This document shows, piece by piece, positions 47,532-60,858 of a stretch of DNA of 64,000 nucleotides. How positions within the stretch are numbered: position 1 is the first letter of the stretch; each line of letters opens with the position of its first letter. Source of the stretch: Gemmatimonadales bacterium (lineage in GTDB: Bacteria > Gemmatimonadota > Gemmatimonadetes > Gemmatimonadales > JACORV01); contig DASXPG010000139.1 in the NCBI GenBank assembly GCA_036493755.1, positions 955 to 64,954 on the forward strand, read 5' to 3'. Both the position numbers and the translations under genes were made by a program. The notes beneath the pieces were generated by a model, which was given only the letters and a program-made list of their open reading frames with translations, made no database searches and had not been told where the DNA came from.

Positions 47532-48496
47532 TGCGGGTCCTCGTCACCGGCGCGGCAGGCTTCCTCGGCTCGCACGTCAGCGAGGCCCTCGTCGCGCGCG
47601 GCGATGACGTCGTCGGACTCGACAACTTCGATGCCTTCTACGGCCGCGAGGTGAAGGAGCAGAACCTCGGCGGGCTGAAAAAGGCGAAGGGATTCCGCTT
47701 CGTCGAAGGCGACATTCGCGATGCGGCCCTGGTGAGAGGATTGCTGGCGACGGGCGATGTGATCGTGCATCTCGCGGCGAAGGCGGGGGTGCGGCCCTCG
47801 CTGCTGGACCCCCAGGCTTATGTATCCACCAACATCCAGGGGACGACGACGATGCTGGAGGCGGCGCGCGATGCCGGCGTCACCGCCTTCGTGCTGGCCG
47901 GCAGCTCGTCGGTGTACGGCGATACGGCGCCGGTGCCGTTCCGCGAAGACTATCCCGCGCTCGACCCGATATCGCCTTATGCCGCGACCAAGCGGGCCTG
48001 CGAGCTGCTGACCTCGACCTTCGTGCACCTCTATGGAATGCGGGCGATCTCGCTGCGCTTTTTCACGGCCTACGGGCCGCGGCAGCGCCCCGACCTCGCG
48101 ATCCATACCTTTACGCGGCTGATCGCCGCGGGGAAGCCGGTTCTCCAGTACGGCGACGGCTCGACCGAGCGCGACTACACCTATGTGGATGACATCGTCC
48201 AGGGCGTGGTCGCCGCGACCGATTGGGCACACCAGCCCGGGGCGGCCTTCGAGATCGTGAACCTGGGCGAATCGAAAACCACGCGGCTCGACACGCTGAT
48301 CGCGCTCATCGGCTCGGCGCTCGGACGCACGCCCGTCATCGAGCGGCGTCCCATGCAGCCGGGCGACGTGAAGCGCACCGCCGCCGATATTTCCAGGGCA
48401 CGCGCCCTGCTGGACTATCGCCCGACCACGGCCGTCGAGGACGGCATTCCGCGATTCGTCCGCTGGTACGAGGAGCTCCATGGAACCCAGGCCTGA
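47531..48496 (+). CDS. NAD-dependent epimerase, UDP-glucuronate 4-epimerase-like
   Basis: HLAAKAGVRPS, SSSVYG, SPYAATK, LRFFT.YGPRQRPDLA, QPGDV. Confidence 0.85.
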   Translation: MRVLVTGAAGFLGSHVSEALVARGDDVVGLDNFDAFYGREVKEQNLGGLKKAKGFRFVEGDIRDAALVRGLLATGDVIVHLAAKAGVRPSLLDPQAYVSTNIQGTTTMLEAARDAGVTAFVLAGSSSVYGDTAPVPFREDYPALDPISPYAATKRACELLTSTFVHLYGMRAISLRFFTAYGPRQRPDLAIHTFTRLIAAGKPVLQYGDGSTERDYTYVDDIVQGVVAATDWAHQPGAAFEIVNLGESKTTRLDTLIALIGSALGRTPVIERRPMQPGDVKRTAADISRARALLDYRPTTAVEDGIPRFVRWYEELHGTQA

Positions 48497-49187
48497 ACAT
48501 CTCGTGAAGCGCGCCCGCGAGCGGCTCGACGCGGGGGACGCGTATGCCGCCATCCATCTATTGAAGGAGCTGGTGGTGTCGGGCCAGGCCTTCGCCGATG
48601 CCCACAATCTCCTGGGCCTGGCCCATGCGATGGTGGGACAGAGAACGGAAGCGATGGCCGAATTCGATGCCGCGCTGAAGCTCAATCCGCGCTACGTGGA
48701 TGCCCAGCTCAATCGCGCCGTCACACTGAGCGACATGGGGCAGGGCGACGAGGCCGCGGCGGCCTTCGCCGAGGCGCAGCAGCTTGGCGCCGTCGACCAT
48801 ACCGGCTTCGCCGCGCCGGCCGCCTCGCAGCTCGCCAACCTGCACGCCGAGCTGGGCGATGCGTACCTGGAGGCGGGTGGGCGGACCCAGGCCATCGCGC
48901 AGTTCGAGACCGCCGCGCAGCTGCGGCCGGAATTCGTGGACCTGCGTTATCGCCTCGCCAGGCTCTACCTCGACGAGGGGAATCTCGAGCCGGCGCGCGA
49001 CGAGCTGCAGTCGATCACGTCGCGGCGGCCCGGATTCGTGGACGCGCACGTCGCGTTAGGCATGGCGCGTTACCTGTTGAAGGACATGGAGGGGGCGCGG
49101 GCGGCGTGGGGTGAAGCCAGGAGACTGGCGCCGTCCGATGTGCGGGTGAGCGCGTATCTCTCGCTGTTGCAACGGGTCGGTGGATAA
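48480..49187 (+). CDS. TPR protein
   Basis: Multiple TPR motifs (ADAHNLLG, ALKLNPRYVDA, LRPEFVDLRYRLA). Confidence 0.85.
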   Translation: MEPRPEHLVKRARERLDAGDAYAAIHLLKELVVSGQAFADAHNLLGLAHAMVGQRTEAMAEFDAALKLNPRYVDAQLNRAVTLSDMGQGDEAAAAFAEAQQLGAVDHTGFAAPAASQLANLHAELGDAYLEAGGRTQAIAQFETAAQLRPEFVDLRYRLARLYLDEGNLEPARDELQSITSRRPGFVDAHVALGMARYLLKDMEGARAAWGEARRLAPSDVRVSAYLSLLQRVGG

Positions 49188-50148
49188 GACGGCCGCAACA
49201 GTCGCCACAGTAGTGCACCGCGAACCGTGCACCGGTGACAGTTCACTACGGCGGCGACTGTGGCGACTGTGCACTGTCGTGTTGGCGGCTGTGGCGACTG
49301 TGAACTGTTCCAGGGGCACCGATCACGAACGCCTGGGCGACCGTCGCTACGCCGAGCAGTCCTGGGTGGATGCATTGGCGGAGTACCGGCTCGCGGCGCG
49401 GCAGCATCGCCCGACCTCGGCGCTCCGGGCCAAGACCGGCGCCGCCGCCCTGCACGCCGGCGAACTCGATGAGGCCGCCGCGGCTTACGCCGATCTCGGT
49501 CTCGACCGGGCCCGGAGCAGCGAAGCCTCCGACGGCCTGGTGCGCACCGCCCGCTCCGCTATCGCCGCGCGCGACGTGGCGGCGTTGCGGCTGGCGCTCG
49601 GCGGATTGCGCCGGCTCGCGCCGACGAGGCTGGCCGAGCTGGGTCCCGGTCTCGCGTTAGGGGCGCTCGATCCGCGCGGCGCGCCACAGCCCGATCTGCT
49701 GCTGGCCGCCGGAGCGGCCGCGTCGGGTTCGCTCGCCGATTCGCTGATCGGCGTCTGGGCCGACGCCACCAGCCGCATCGGCCGCTGCGATCTGGCCGCG
49801 CGCGCCTTCGACGCGCTGATCCGGCGCTCGAGTGAGCCGGCGGTGACCCGCGTCGCCAAGAGCGGCCTCGCGGGATGCCGGGTCGATGCCGGGCGCGCCG
49901 CGCTGGCCTCGGGCCAGCTCGACGTCGCCGAAGGGCAGTTCCGCGCCGCCATCACGATCGGCGTGCCGGATAGCATCATGCGACTGGCCTGGGTGTTGCT
50001 CGGCGACACCAAGTGGGCCGGCGGTGACACCGCGGTGGCGATCGAGTCGTATCGCAAAGCGATCACCGGCGCGGACGATGACAACCCGATCGCGCAACGC
50101 GCGCGCGAGCAGCTGCAGCGGCTCACCGGGAACTCAGACTCGACTTGA
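49180..50148 (+). CDS. TPR-like putative lipoprotein
   Basis: VVLAAVATVNC then DHERLGDRRY, helical repeats; start uncertain. Confidence 0.7.
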   Translation: MDKTAATVATVVHREPCTGDSSLRRRLWRLCTVVLAAVATVNCSRGTDHERLGDRRYAEQSWVDALAEYRLAARQHRPTSALRAKTGAAALHAGELDEAAAAYADLGLDRARSSEASDGLVRTARSAIAARDVAALRLALGGLRRLAPTRLAELGPGLALGALDPRGAPQPDLLLAAGAAASGSLADSLIGVWADATSRIGRCDLAARAFDALIRRSSEPAVTRVAKSGLAGCRVDAGRAALASGQLDVAEGQFRAAITIGVPDSIMRLAWVLLGDTKWAGGDTAVAIESYRKAITGADDDNPIAQRAREQLQRLTGNSDST

Positions 50149-50164
50149 GGGTATTTTGAAGGCT

Positions 50165-50923
50165 ATGCCATCACGCTGGTTGCGATTTGTCCCCGGAGTG
50201 GGGCTGTTGGTGCTGGCCGCCTGCCACCACGGCGGCCGGGTGGCGGTGCGTCCGCAAATCGATCCGTCGGCCGCCTACACCACCGCGATGCGCGACTTCC
50301 GGCACGGCAAGTGGGGCAAGGCGCAATCCGGATTCCAGCGCGTGCAGTTCGAGATGAGCGCGCGCGACACGCTGGTGCCGCGGGCCCGGTTCTACCTGGC
50401 CGAGACCTACGCCAGCCTGGGTGAAATGGTCACGGCGGCGCGCGAGTTCCGCCGCGTCGCCGACGACTACCCGGCAGATTCGCTCGCGCCCTACGCGCTG
50501 TTGCGGGTCGGCGACCAGTACGCCCGGCTCTGGAAGCGCCCCGAGCTGGATCCGTCCAACGGCGAGACGGCGCTGGCCAGCTACCAGGAATTGCTGGGCC
50601 GGTATCCCGACAGCCATGCGTCGCAGCTCGCCGAGGCCCGGGTACGCGAGATCCAGAATTCCTTTGCGCGCAAGGACTACCAGAACGGACTCTGGTACAT
50701 GAAGCGGGGCGCTTACGATTCCGCGATCCTCTATTTCAGCGGGATGATCGCCAAGTATCCCAGCTCGGAGCTGGTGCCCGACGCCTTCATCCGGCTGGTG
50801 CAGTCGTATCGCGCCATCGGATATCACGAGGAGCTGGAAGAAAAGTGCGCGCACCTGCGCCAGTACTTCGGGAGCCGCGCGGATGTGCGGCGCGAATGTG
50901 GCAACGGGCCTGCTGGGCGGTAG
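50165..50923 (+). CDS. bamD: Outer membrane protein assembly lipoprotein BamD
   Basis: LAAC lipobox, TPRs, YPDS, ARKDY..G.WY.KRGAY.SA..Y; TATTTT 7 nt before the ATG. Confidence 0.85.
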   Translation: MPSRWLRFVPGVGLLVLAACHHGGRVAVRPQIDPSAAYTTAMRDFRHGKWGKAQSGFQRVQFEMSARDTLVPRARFYLAETYASLGEMVTAAREFRRVADDYPADSLAPYALLRVGDQYARLWKRPELDPSNGETALASYQELLGRYPDSHASQLAEARVREIQNSFARKDYQNGLWYMKRGAYDSAILYFSGMIAKYPSSELVPDAFIRLVQSYRAIGYHEELEEKCAHLRQYFGSRADVRRECGNGPAGR

Positions 50924-51464
50924 CTTCGACCCGATTCACCACGGGCATCTCATCGCGGCGGATCGGGCGGCGGAAGCCCTGGGACTCGACCTGGTGCTGT
51001 TCGTGCCGTGCGCCCGCCAGCCCCTCAAGTCCCAGGACCCCGCCGCCACGGCCGACCAGCGGCTCGCGATGCTGCGGCTCGCCATCGGCGGCTACCCGCG
51101 CTTCCAGGTCGAGACCTGCGAGCTGGAGCGGCCCGCGCCGTCGTACACCGTGGACACGTTGCGGCTGCTGCGCTCGCGCCGGCCGGATGAGCGCCTGGTG
51201 CTGATCATGGGTGCCGATGCCGCGGCCTTGCTTGGCCGCTGGCGCGCCGCCGACGAAGTCGCGCGCCTCGCGGAGATCGCGGCGCTCACCCGTCCCGGCG
51301 CCCCCGACGTCACGTCGGCGTTCGTGAAGCACCTGGTGGCCACGCCCGCCATCGAGATTTCGGCGAGCGATATCCGCGCGCGCTGCCTGACGGGGAAGAG
51401 CATTCGCTATCTCGTGCCGGAATCGGTTGAGAAGTACATCTCTAAATACGGACTCTATCAGTGA
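50898..51464 (+). CDS. nadD: Nicotinate-nucleotide adenylyltransferase
   Basis: GGSFDPIHHGH, SYTVDTL, IMGAD, ISASDIR, YLVP. Confidence 0.95.
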   Translation: MATGLLGGSFDPIHHGHLIAADRAAEALGLDLVLFVPCARQPLKSQDPAATADQRLAMLRLAIGGYPRFQVETCELERPAPSYTVDTLRLLRSRRPDERLVLIMGADAAALLGRWRAADEVARLAEIAALTRPGAPDVTSAFVKHLVATPAIEISASDIRARCLTGKSIRYLVPESVEKYISKYGLYQ

Positions 51465-51483
51465 TTGAAGTGCGCAGTAGTAT

Positions 51484-51568
51484 GCAGACGCCTCAGGCGC
51501 CGCAGTGGTTGGCAGCCATCGGTGCCCGGTACAGGACGGTGGCGCCTGTTGCGTCTGTGGCGTCTGCA
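51484..51568. repeat. Inverted nonamer arrays upstream of secA
   Basis: gcagacgcc tcaggcgcc gcag ... tggcgcctg ttgcgtctg tggcgtctg ca. Confidence 0.7.
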
Positions 51569-51582
51569 CACAGGGCTTCTTG

Positions 51583-54906
<3,324 letters not shown>

Positions 54907-54909
54907 CGC

Positions 54910-56187
54910 CTAACGCAGCTTCCACAGCACGGCGCGGCGCGGCCCATTGTCGTTGACGTCGCCGCTCCAACCCACCACGTCGCCTCGGTCGTTGATGGCC
55001 GTGGCGGCGCTCGAAGGCCCCAGCGGTCCGGCCCCCAGGTCGATCATCTGACTGCCGTTCCACACGAAGGCGTGCATCTGGTTCGGGCCCGTCGTCGTTG
55101 CGCCGATCACTGAACCCTGCACATTCATGCCGGACACCCAGCCGTCGCCGAGAGTGGCGAATTCGACCGCAGTCCCGTTGCTCCATCGCCAGCCGCGCCA
55201 TGGTCCGCCCGAAATCGATTGCCCCGCGATCTGTCCCTGGTCATTGATGAACATGGCGTACGCATCATGGCCGGCGTTGACGCCGAGGTCTTTCATCGTT
55301 CCGCTCTGCCATATGAAGGGCCGCGAGTGGTTGTCCGGAATGTTGCCGGTGTAGCTGGTGCCCACGATCGTGCCGCTGGCGTTGATGCCCGCGGCGTAGC
55401 CGGTCGAGCAGTCCTGGGTGGATGGATCACTACAGGCCGAACTGCCCAGGGTGCCGAGGTCACGGAGCGACCCATTCTCCCAGAGAAACGGATGCAGAAC
55501 GTCGCTGGAGCCGAATTGCTGGACCAGACTGCTGCCGACGATCTGGCCACCGGCGTTCATTGCCGCGGCCTGGGTGCGGTGGACACTGGCGTTGAAAGCG
55601 CCAAGGTCGGTCTCGGTTCCGTTGCTGTAGAGCTTGGCAGTGCTCAGGGCCGTGACATCGTTATAGGAGACGTTCGCCAGCAGGCCGGCGCTCCTGATGT
55701 CGACCACCGTGACGCTCACCGCGCCCAAGCGCGACATCGGCATCGGGGTGCGCGTGCCGCTGGCGGCGTCCCAGGTCACCACGTACTTGCTGCTTGCATC
55801 CTGGGTGTAGCCGCCGATGACGCCATTGGGGATGACCTGCGCGCTGCTGGTGTAGCCGTTGGCGCGGCCGGAGAGCTCCGTCAGCGTGCCATTCTGCCAG
55901 ATGAAGGCGCGGCTGCCGCTGGTCCCCACCACGCGGCCACTATTGTCGATCGCCTGGGCCACCGAAGTCGTGGCGCTGTCGATTGCACCGAGATCGATCG
56001 CCTGGTACGTACCCGTGGTTGGTGGCGGCGGTGGCGGAGGTGGCGTTGGCGGTGGCGGCGGTGGAGCGGGTGGCGGCGCGGGCGGAGTGACGGAGACCGG
56101 GGTGTTTGAGTCGTGACACGCGGCGGCACCAAGAAGCGACAATATCAGGATAATCCTGAATGCGGGAAGGTCGACACGAGCCTTCAT
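54910..56187 (-). CDS. Lipoprotein with poly-Pro linker and extracellular HAF-type repeats
   Basis: GGAG SD, LGAAAC lipobox, PPAPPP linker, repeated A..IN..G.IVG.S...(H/R)(A/P)F.W..G...DLG. Confidence 0.85.
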   Translation of the reverse strand: MKARVDLPAFRIILILSLLGAAACHDSNTPVSVTPPAPPPAPPPPPPTPPPPPPPPTTGTYQAIDLGAIDSATTSVAQAIDNSGRVVGTSGSRAFIWQNGTLTELSGRANGYTSSAQVIPNGVIGGYTQDASSKYVVTWDAASGTRTPMPMSRLGAVSVTVVDIRSAGLLANVSYNDVTALSTAKLYSNGTETDLGAFNASVHRTQAAAMNAGGQIVGSSLVQQFGSSDVLHPFLWENGSLRDLGTLGSSACSDPSTQDCSTGYAAGINASGTIVGTSYTGNIPDNHSRPFIWQSGTMKDLGVNAGHDAYAMFINDQGQIAGQSISGGPWRGWRWSNGTAVEFATLGDGWVSGMNVQGSVIGATTTGPNQMHAFVWNGSQMIDLGAGPLGPSSAATAINDRGDVVGWSGDVNDNGPRRAVLWKLR

Positions 56188-56354
56188 GATTGCTCCAAAT
56201 CAGGTTCCTCTCTGACTACCCGGTCAGGTGCATAACGAGCCGCGCGGAAATCCCTGCACGGCCAGGACCACGGTTGCACAGCACGCACGATTTCGAACCG
56301 TCACGCCGCGCCCGGACGATGCTCGTCCGGGCGCGTGTTGGTATCGTGGCGCGC

Positions 56355-57032
56355 ATGGCACCGCCCGTTGTAGCCCTCATCACCGATCGTCCGCGCGAGC
56401 GGCTGTACGCCCTGGGCTCCGCGGCGCTGACCCAGGCGGAGCTGCTCGCCATCCTCATCACCACGGGCCGCGCCGGACGCACGTCGCTGGAAGTGGCGGG
56501 TGATCTTCTCGCGGCGAGCGGCACGCTGGGCGGCATCGCCCGGCGCCAGGTCGCCGAGCTGGCGCAGACGCCTGGTGTGGGCGCGGCCAAGGCGGCGCGC
56601 ATCGCCGCCGCGCTGGAGCTTGGCCGCCGGCTCCAGGAGGAGGGCCGGGGCGACCGTCCGCGCATCCGCTCCCCCGCCGACGTGTTTCGCTGGTTCACAC
56701 CGCGCATGGCGGATCTGGCCGCCGAGGAGTTTCACGTCCTCGCGCTCGACAGCCAGAGCGCGGTGCTGCGTGACCTGCTGATCACCCGCGGCATCCTCAA
56801 CAGCTCGCTGGTGCATCCGCGCGAGGTCTTTCGCGGCGCGATCGCCGAGGCCGCGGCGGGGATCATCGTGGCTCACAACCACCCGTCGGGGGACCCGACT
56901 CCGTCCGCCGACGACCGCGCGGTGACAAGACAGCTGGTGGAGGCGGGGAAGATCATCGACGTCCCGGTCTACGATCACATCATCATCGGGAACGGCCGCT
57001 ACCTGAGCTTTGCGGAATCGGGGCTCTTGTAG
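56355..57032 (+). CDS. radC: RadC family JAB-domain protein
   Basis: RPRERL, ELLAILI.TG, GVGAAKA, VHPREVF, HNHPSGDPTPS..D, DHIIIG; TGgTATCGT 7 nt before the ATG. Confidence 0.95.
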   Translation: MAPPVVALITDRPRERLYALGSAALTQAELLAILITTGRAGRTSLEVAGDLLAASGTLGGIARRQVAELAQTPGVGAAKAARIAAALELGRRLQEEGRGDRPRIRSPADVFRWFTPRMADLAAEEFHVLALDSQSAVLRDLLITRGILNSSLVHPREVFRGAIAEAAAGIIVAHNHPSGDPTPSADDRAVTRQLVEAGKIIDVPVYDHIIIGNGRYLSFAESGLL

Positions 57033-57080
57033 TCCCGGCTGCTCGTGTTGGGATGGCAAGCGGTGTAAACTTGTCGGCGC

Positions 57081-58502
57081 GTGATTTTCAATTCGCTGAC
57101 CTTCATCCTCTTCTTCGCCGTGGTCCTGGGTGTCTACTACCTGGTGCCCATGTCCTGGCGCGCGAAGAAGTGGTTCATCCTGCTGGCCAGCTACGTCTTC
57201 TACGCCGCCTGGAATCCGCCTTTCGTCCTGCTGCTGATGGCATCCACCGTAATCGACTGGGTGGTTGCCAACCGCATGGCCAGCACCAGGAATCACTACG
57301 GCCGGCGCTTCCTGCTGCTGGTGAGCCTGGTCTTCAACCTCGGCGTACTGGCCTTCTTCAAGTACGGCGGCTTTCTCCTCGATAACTTCGCCGTGCTGAT
57401 GCACTCCATCGGCATCGCCTACCAGCCGCCGGTGTGGAGCATCATCCTGCCGATCGGCATCTCGTTCTACACCTTCCTCACGCTGTCCTACACCATCGAC
57501 GTGTACTTCAAGGTGATGGAGCCGGTGGACTCGCTCCTCGACTACGCCTTCTTCATCACCTTCTTTCCGCACCTGGTGGCGGGGCCGATCATCCGCGCCG
57601 CCGACTTTCTGCCGCAGGTGACGCAGGAGCGGCGCGCCAACAAGGACCAGATGGGCTGGGGCCTGGTCCTCATGACCATCGGGCTCTTCGAGAAGACCAT
57701 TCTCGCCGACGGATTTCTGGCTCCCTTTGCCGATCGCGTCTACTCGGCCGCGGCGCACGCCGGTTTCGCCGACGCCTGGCTCGGCACCCTCGCCTTCTCG
57801 GCCCAGATCTTCTTCGACTTCGCCGGCTACTCGACCTGCGCCATCGGCGCCGCGCTGTGCCTGGGCTTCGTGCTGATGGACAATTTCCGCTATCCGTACG
57901 CGGCGATCGGCTTCTCCGATTTCTGGCAGCGCTGGCACATCTCGCTGTCGACCTGGCTGCGTGACTACCTCTACATCCCGTTAGGCGGCAACCGGCGGGG
58001 CGCCATGCGTACCCGCGTGAACCTGATGATCACCATGCTGCTCGGCGGGTTGTGGCACGGCGCCGCCTGGCGCTTCGTGGTCTGGGGCGGCCTCCACGGC
58101 AGCTATCTCGTCGTGGAGCGGCAGGCGAAGGACCGCTGGGGTGCGCGGGCGCTGTGGACCGGCCGCGGCGCGCGGGTGGTGCTGGCGTTGCTGACCTATG
58201 CCGCCGTGTGCCTGACGTGGGTCTTCTTTCGCGCTCCGACGCTGGCTGCCGCCCGGCACGTGTCGGGGTCGATGCTGACCGGAGGCCACGATTCGCACCT
58301 CCTCGGCACGCTGGGCCGGAGCATCATCGTGGCGCTCACCGCGGTGCTGCTGACGACCCACTGGTGGCTGCGCGACAGCAGCATCGAAGCGAAGTGGCAG
58401 GCGATGTCGCCGTGGGTCAGGGCCACGGCGCTGACCGCGATGCTGGTGAGCCTCTGCCTGGTTTCCGGGGACGCGCGTGCGTTCATCTACTTCCAGTTCT
58501 GA
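57081..58502 (+). CDS. MBOAT O-acyltransferase, AlgI/PatA-like
   Basis: MIFNS, LPIGISFYTF, FFPHLVAGPI, DFAGYS, FWQRWHISLSTWLRDYLYIPLGG, GLWHGA, FIYFQF. Confidence 0.93.
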   Translation: MIFNSLTFILFFAVVLGVYYLVPMSWRAKKWFILLASYVFYAAWNPPFVLLLMASTVIDWVVANRMASTRNHYGRRFLLLVSLVFNLGVLAFFKYGGFLLDNFAVLMHSIGIAYQPPVWSIILPIGISFYTFLTLSYTIDVYFKVMEPVDSLLDYAFFITFFPHLVAGPIIRAADFLPQVTQERRANKDQMGWGLVLMTIGLFEKTILADGFLAPFADRVYSAAAHAGFADAWLGTLAFSAQIFFDFAGYSTCAIGAALCLGFVLMDNFRYPYAAIGFSDFWQRWHISLSTWLRDYLYIPLGGNRRGAMRTRVNLMITMLLGGLWHGAAWRFVVWGGLHGSYLVVERQAKDRWGARALWTGRGARVVLALLTYAAVCLTWVFFRAPTLAAARHVSGSMLTGGHDSHLLGTLGRSIIVALTAVLLTTHWWLRDSSIEAKWQAMSPWVRATALTAMLVSLCLVSGDARAFIYFQF

Positions 58503-59526
58503 CGACCGGCTGCCGCGCGGCGGCTGGGGACGCACCTGGCGGCTGACGCTGCTGGGACTCGTGATCCTGCTCGGTGGACTCGAGCTCACCTGGCGGATAA
58601 AGGGTTACTACGCCCAGGTCTACGGCGCCGACGAATCGTGGATACTCTCCTTCGCCCAGCTCTCGCACGCAACCAGCGTCGCTCTGGGGACCTCGCGCAT
58701 CCAGGCCGCGCTCGATCCACAGGCCTGGCAATCGGTGATGGGCGGCAAGCCGCCGATCGACCTCGCGCTGCCAGGGAACGCGCCGCTGCCGATTCTGGAC
58801 TACATCGCCGATTCGACCGACTATCGCGGCACGGTGCTCGTCGAAGTCCTGCCGCTTGATGCCTTCGACGCCAGGCAGCAGGGTGCGCCCCGCGGCCGCG
58901 GCCTCCTCGACCGTTACGACCGCGATCGCGTCAGCCCCGCGAGCATGAGCGAGGCCTGGCTCCAGGTTCACCTGCTGCGGTTTTTCGTCTTCCGTTCGCC
59001 GGAGCTGTTGCCGTCGGAATTTTTCAAGCGACTCGGCACCGGCGAGCTGATGCCCGACAAGGGACTGCTCCACCTGCGCACGGACCGCTTCGGTCCCATC
59101 CAGCAGAAGAAGTTCATCGCCACCAACAAGTGGGATCCTCAGCGCGGCTTCTACGAAATCGGGCACGCCGGCGCGGAGCACGAAGGCCGGGTCCCGACTC
59201 CCGAGGAGTTCGACGCGCTGCGCGGGCGCTACTACCGGATCGCGCGGGTGATCCAGGGACGCGGTGGCCGCGTGGTGTTCCTGCACCTCGCCGGCTGCGG
59301 CGAGCGCGGGGCGATCGAAGCGCGGCGCTATCCGCGCGCGACTTTCTGGGATCCCTTCGCGCGGCAATCGCCGGCGCTGGCGCTGGCGACAGAAGATTTC
59401 CCCGAGCTGCAGCATTTCGCCTGTTATGATGGCTCGCACATCGACGCGACCGACGCCGCGGCCTACAGCCGCGCCCTGGCGACTGTCGTGAAGGCGCAGC
59501 TCCAGGCATCAGGAGGCACCAGATGA
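58477..59526 (+). CDS. Membrane-anchored SGNH-like acyl-transfer partner (AlgJ/DltD-like role)
   Basis: SSTSSS start overlapping the MBOAT FIYFQF end, one TM helix, GTSR and DGSH motifs. Confidence 0.7.
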   Translation: MRSSTSSSDDRLPRGGWGRTWRLTLLGLVILLGGLELTWRIKGYYAQVYGADESWILSFAQLSHATSVALGTSRIQAALDPQAWQSVMGGKPPIDLALPGNAPLPILDYIADSTDYRGTVLVEVLPLDAFDARQQGAPRGRGLLDRYDRDRVSPASMSEAWLQVHLLRFFVFRSPELLPSEFFKRLGTGELMPDKGLLHLRTDRFGPIQQKKFIATNKWDPQRGFYEIGHAGAEHEGRVPTPEEFDALRGRYYRIARVIQGRGGRVVFLHLAGCGERGAIEARRYPRATFWDPFARQSPALALATEDFPELQHFACYDGSHIDATDAAAYSRALATVVKAQLQASGGTR

Positions 59527-60812
59527 AGCCAGGCACCAGGGCGTTGTGGCGGGTGAGTCTGCTCGCGTCGTTAGGCGCCGCTGCGTCGTGCGGCGGCAAG
59601 GGTGACGGGACTACCACGGGCGGGCCCACCGGTGCTCCGGCCGCCACCCAGCTCGCCATCGTGACGCAACCGGCCGGAGCGGTCGATGGCACCAGCTTCA
59701 CGACCCAGCCGGTCGTCCAGGTGCGTGACGCCAGCGGCGCGCTGGTCGCCGGATCGACCGTGTCGGTGACCGCGTCCATCGCTTCCGGCACCGGCATGCT
59801 GTCCGGCAGCACGACGGTCGCGGCGGTGGCGGGCGTCGCGATTTTCACCAACCTCAAGATTGCGGGAACCGGTAACGACCAGCTGACCTTCACGTCGAGC
59901 GGGCTGACGGCGGCCACGTCGAGCTCGATCTCGGTGTCCGCGGCCGGCGGGGGCGGGGGCGGGGGCGGAGGCGGCACGCTGCTCTTCAGTGAGGCCTTCG
60001 AGGATAACAGCCTGACGTCGCGGGGTTTCTACGACAACTCCGCGGCATTCACGACCGTCACCGCCGAGGCCCATGGCGGGACCAGATCGCTCCAGGTCCA
60101 GTTCAACAGCGGCGCCACCGGCACCTCGTGGGTCGGCACGCGTCACAAGTTCACGCCGACCGCGTCGGTCTATCTCAGCTACTGGGTGAAGTACAGCACC
60201 AACTGGGTGGGATCCGGGCAGAACTTCCACCCGCACGAGTTCTATTTTCTGACCACCGATGACGGTGACTTCTCGGGTCTCGCCGACACCCACCTGACGA
60301 TGTACGTGGAGCACAACTACCAGGCGACCGGCGGGTTCCCCCAACTGGGGTGGCAGGATGGTCTGAATATCGATCAGACCAAGGTCAACGTGAACCTGAT
60401 CGGGACCACGGAGAACCGTGCGGCATCCGGCTGTAACGGGAACGCCGACGGCATCGTGGGCGATTGCTACGATTCGGGCGGGGGCGTGTACCTGAACGGC
60501 AAGCAGCTGCGCACCAGCCAGTCCTATTTCCTGCCGACTCCGGGCACCGGGTACAAGAACGACTGGCACCACGTGGAGGCCTACTTCCAGCTCAACTCCA
60601 TCGTGGCCGGCATCGGCCAGACGGACGGCATCGCGCGGTACTGGTTCGACGGAACCCTGGTCATCGAGAAGACCAATGCCCAGTTCCGGACCGGCGCCCA
60701 TGCGACCATGCTCTTCAACCAGCTGATCCTGGCGCCCTACATCGGCTCTCCCGGGTCGCCAGTGACGCAGTCGGCTTTTTACGACGACCTGATGGTGAAG
60801 ACCGCACCATAG
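59523..60812 (+). CDS. Lipoprotein with Ig-like domain, poly-Gly linker and beta-sandwich (polysaccharide lyase/ConA-like) domain
   Basis: AAASC lipobox; QPVVQVRD..G...G.A.FTNL; FSEAFE, VYLSYWVKY, WHHVEAY.QLN, DG....WFDG, YDDL. Confidence 0.7.
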   Translation: MKPGTRALWRVSLLASLGAAASCGGKGDGTTTGGPTGAPAATQLAIVTQPAGAVDGTSFTTQPVVQVRDASGALVAGSTVSVTASIASGTGMLSGSTTVAAVAGVAIFTNLKIAGTGNDQLTFTSSGLTAATSSSISVSAAGGGGGGGGGGTLLFSEAFEDNSLTSRGFYDNSAAFTTVTAEAHGGTRSLQVQFNSGATGTSWVGTRHKFTPTASVYLSYWVKYSTNWVGSGQNFHPHEFYFLTTDDGDFSGLADTHLTMYVEHNYQATGGFPQLGWQDGLNIDQTKVNVNLIGTTENRAASGCNGNADGIVGDCYDSGGGVYLNGKQLRTSQSYFLPTPGTGYKNDWHHVEAYFQLNSIVAGIGQTDGIARYWFDGTLVIEKTNAQFRTGAHATMLFNQLILAPYIGSPGSPVTQSAFYDDLMVKTAP

Positions 60813-60858
60813 AAACGGGCAGGGGCAGGGCGCAGGCGGCTTCTTATATTGAAGTGGC

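Noticed and set aside
56355..57032. radC as a mobile-element marker
   Set aside because: Full-length chromosomal type with HhH N-terminus; no mobility genes nearby
59941..59975. G-rich run as a phase-variation tract or G-quadruplex
   Set aside because: Sufficiently explained by an in-frame poly-Gly linker
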